DNA of 64,000 bases. Origin: the human T2T-CHM13v2.0 reference genome, Homo sapiens. The notes under the pieces were generated by a model. The model saw only the letters and a list, made by a program, of their open reading frames with translations. It did not search any database and had not been told where the DNA came from. This document shows positions 63,575-64,000 of this stretch, piece by piece (the first letter of the stretch is position 1; every line of letters starts with the position of its first letter). The position numbers and the translations under genes are program-made. The stretch lies in assembly GCF_009914755.1 (NCBI RefSeq), contig NC_060947.1, one strand, 5' to 3'.

Positions 63575-63982
63575 TATGTTAGTTTGTTTTGCATTGCTAT
63601 AAAGGAATATCAGAGACTGGGTAATTTATAAAGAAAAGAGGTTTATTTGGGTCATGGTTCTGGGGGATGTATAAGAATCATGCCAGCATCTGCTTGGCTT
63701 CTGGTGAGGTTTCAGGAAGCTTATGATTATGGCAGAAGGCAAACAGGGAATCAGTGTATCACGTGGTGAGAGGGAGCAAGAAAGAAGGGAGGAAGTTCCA
63801 GACTCTTTTAAACAACCAGATCTTACCTGAAGTCATACAGGAAGAAATCACTCATTACATGGGGAGAGCACCAACCCATTTGTAAGGGATCAACCCCCAT
63901 GACCAAGCCACTTCCCACTAGGCCTGCCTCCAATATCGGAGATCACATTTCAACATGAGATTTGAACATCCAAACTATATCA
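63575..63982 (-). mobile_element. MST MaLR solo LTR
   Basis: TTGCATTGCTATAAAGGAATA...GGGTAATTTATAAAGAAAAGAGG...CATCCAAACTATATCA. Confidence 0.85.
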
Positions 63983-64000
63983 CAAGGCACAAGAGATGTT

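Overview
Primate (human-like) genomic DNA that is almost entirely transposon-derived (about 50 Alus, at least 8 L1s, one SVA, several LTR elements) with no intact protein-coding gene; nearly all ORF-track entries are Alu, L1 or microsatellite artefacts. A processed FXYD6 retrocopy (16318-18282) reproduces the FXYD8/FXYD6P3 peptide as I remember it. From memory, not checked, that would place the window in the X-inactivation centre between XIST and JPX. Main observations: (1) a decayed minus-strand exon of a RASL11-family GTPase at 54429-54511, the likely remnant of ancestral Rasl11c, with a weaker candidate for the next exon near 53022-53102; (2) a 26.7-kb nest in which an L1PB-type element (13-bp TSD at 15252-15264 and 42013-42025) sits inside an older L1 and itself holds the FXYD6 retrocopy, three younger L1PAs, many Alus and an SVA, up to five levels deep; (3) several mechanistic scars: a twin-priming inversion, an Alu-L1 fusion at a re-used target site, a probable L1 3' transduction, a prematurely polyadenylated SVA and templated insertions. 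Repeat subfamily names come from recalled consensus features and need RepeatMasker/Dfam confirmation.
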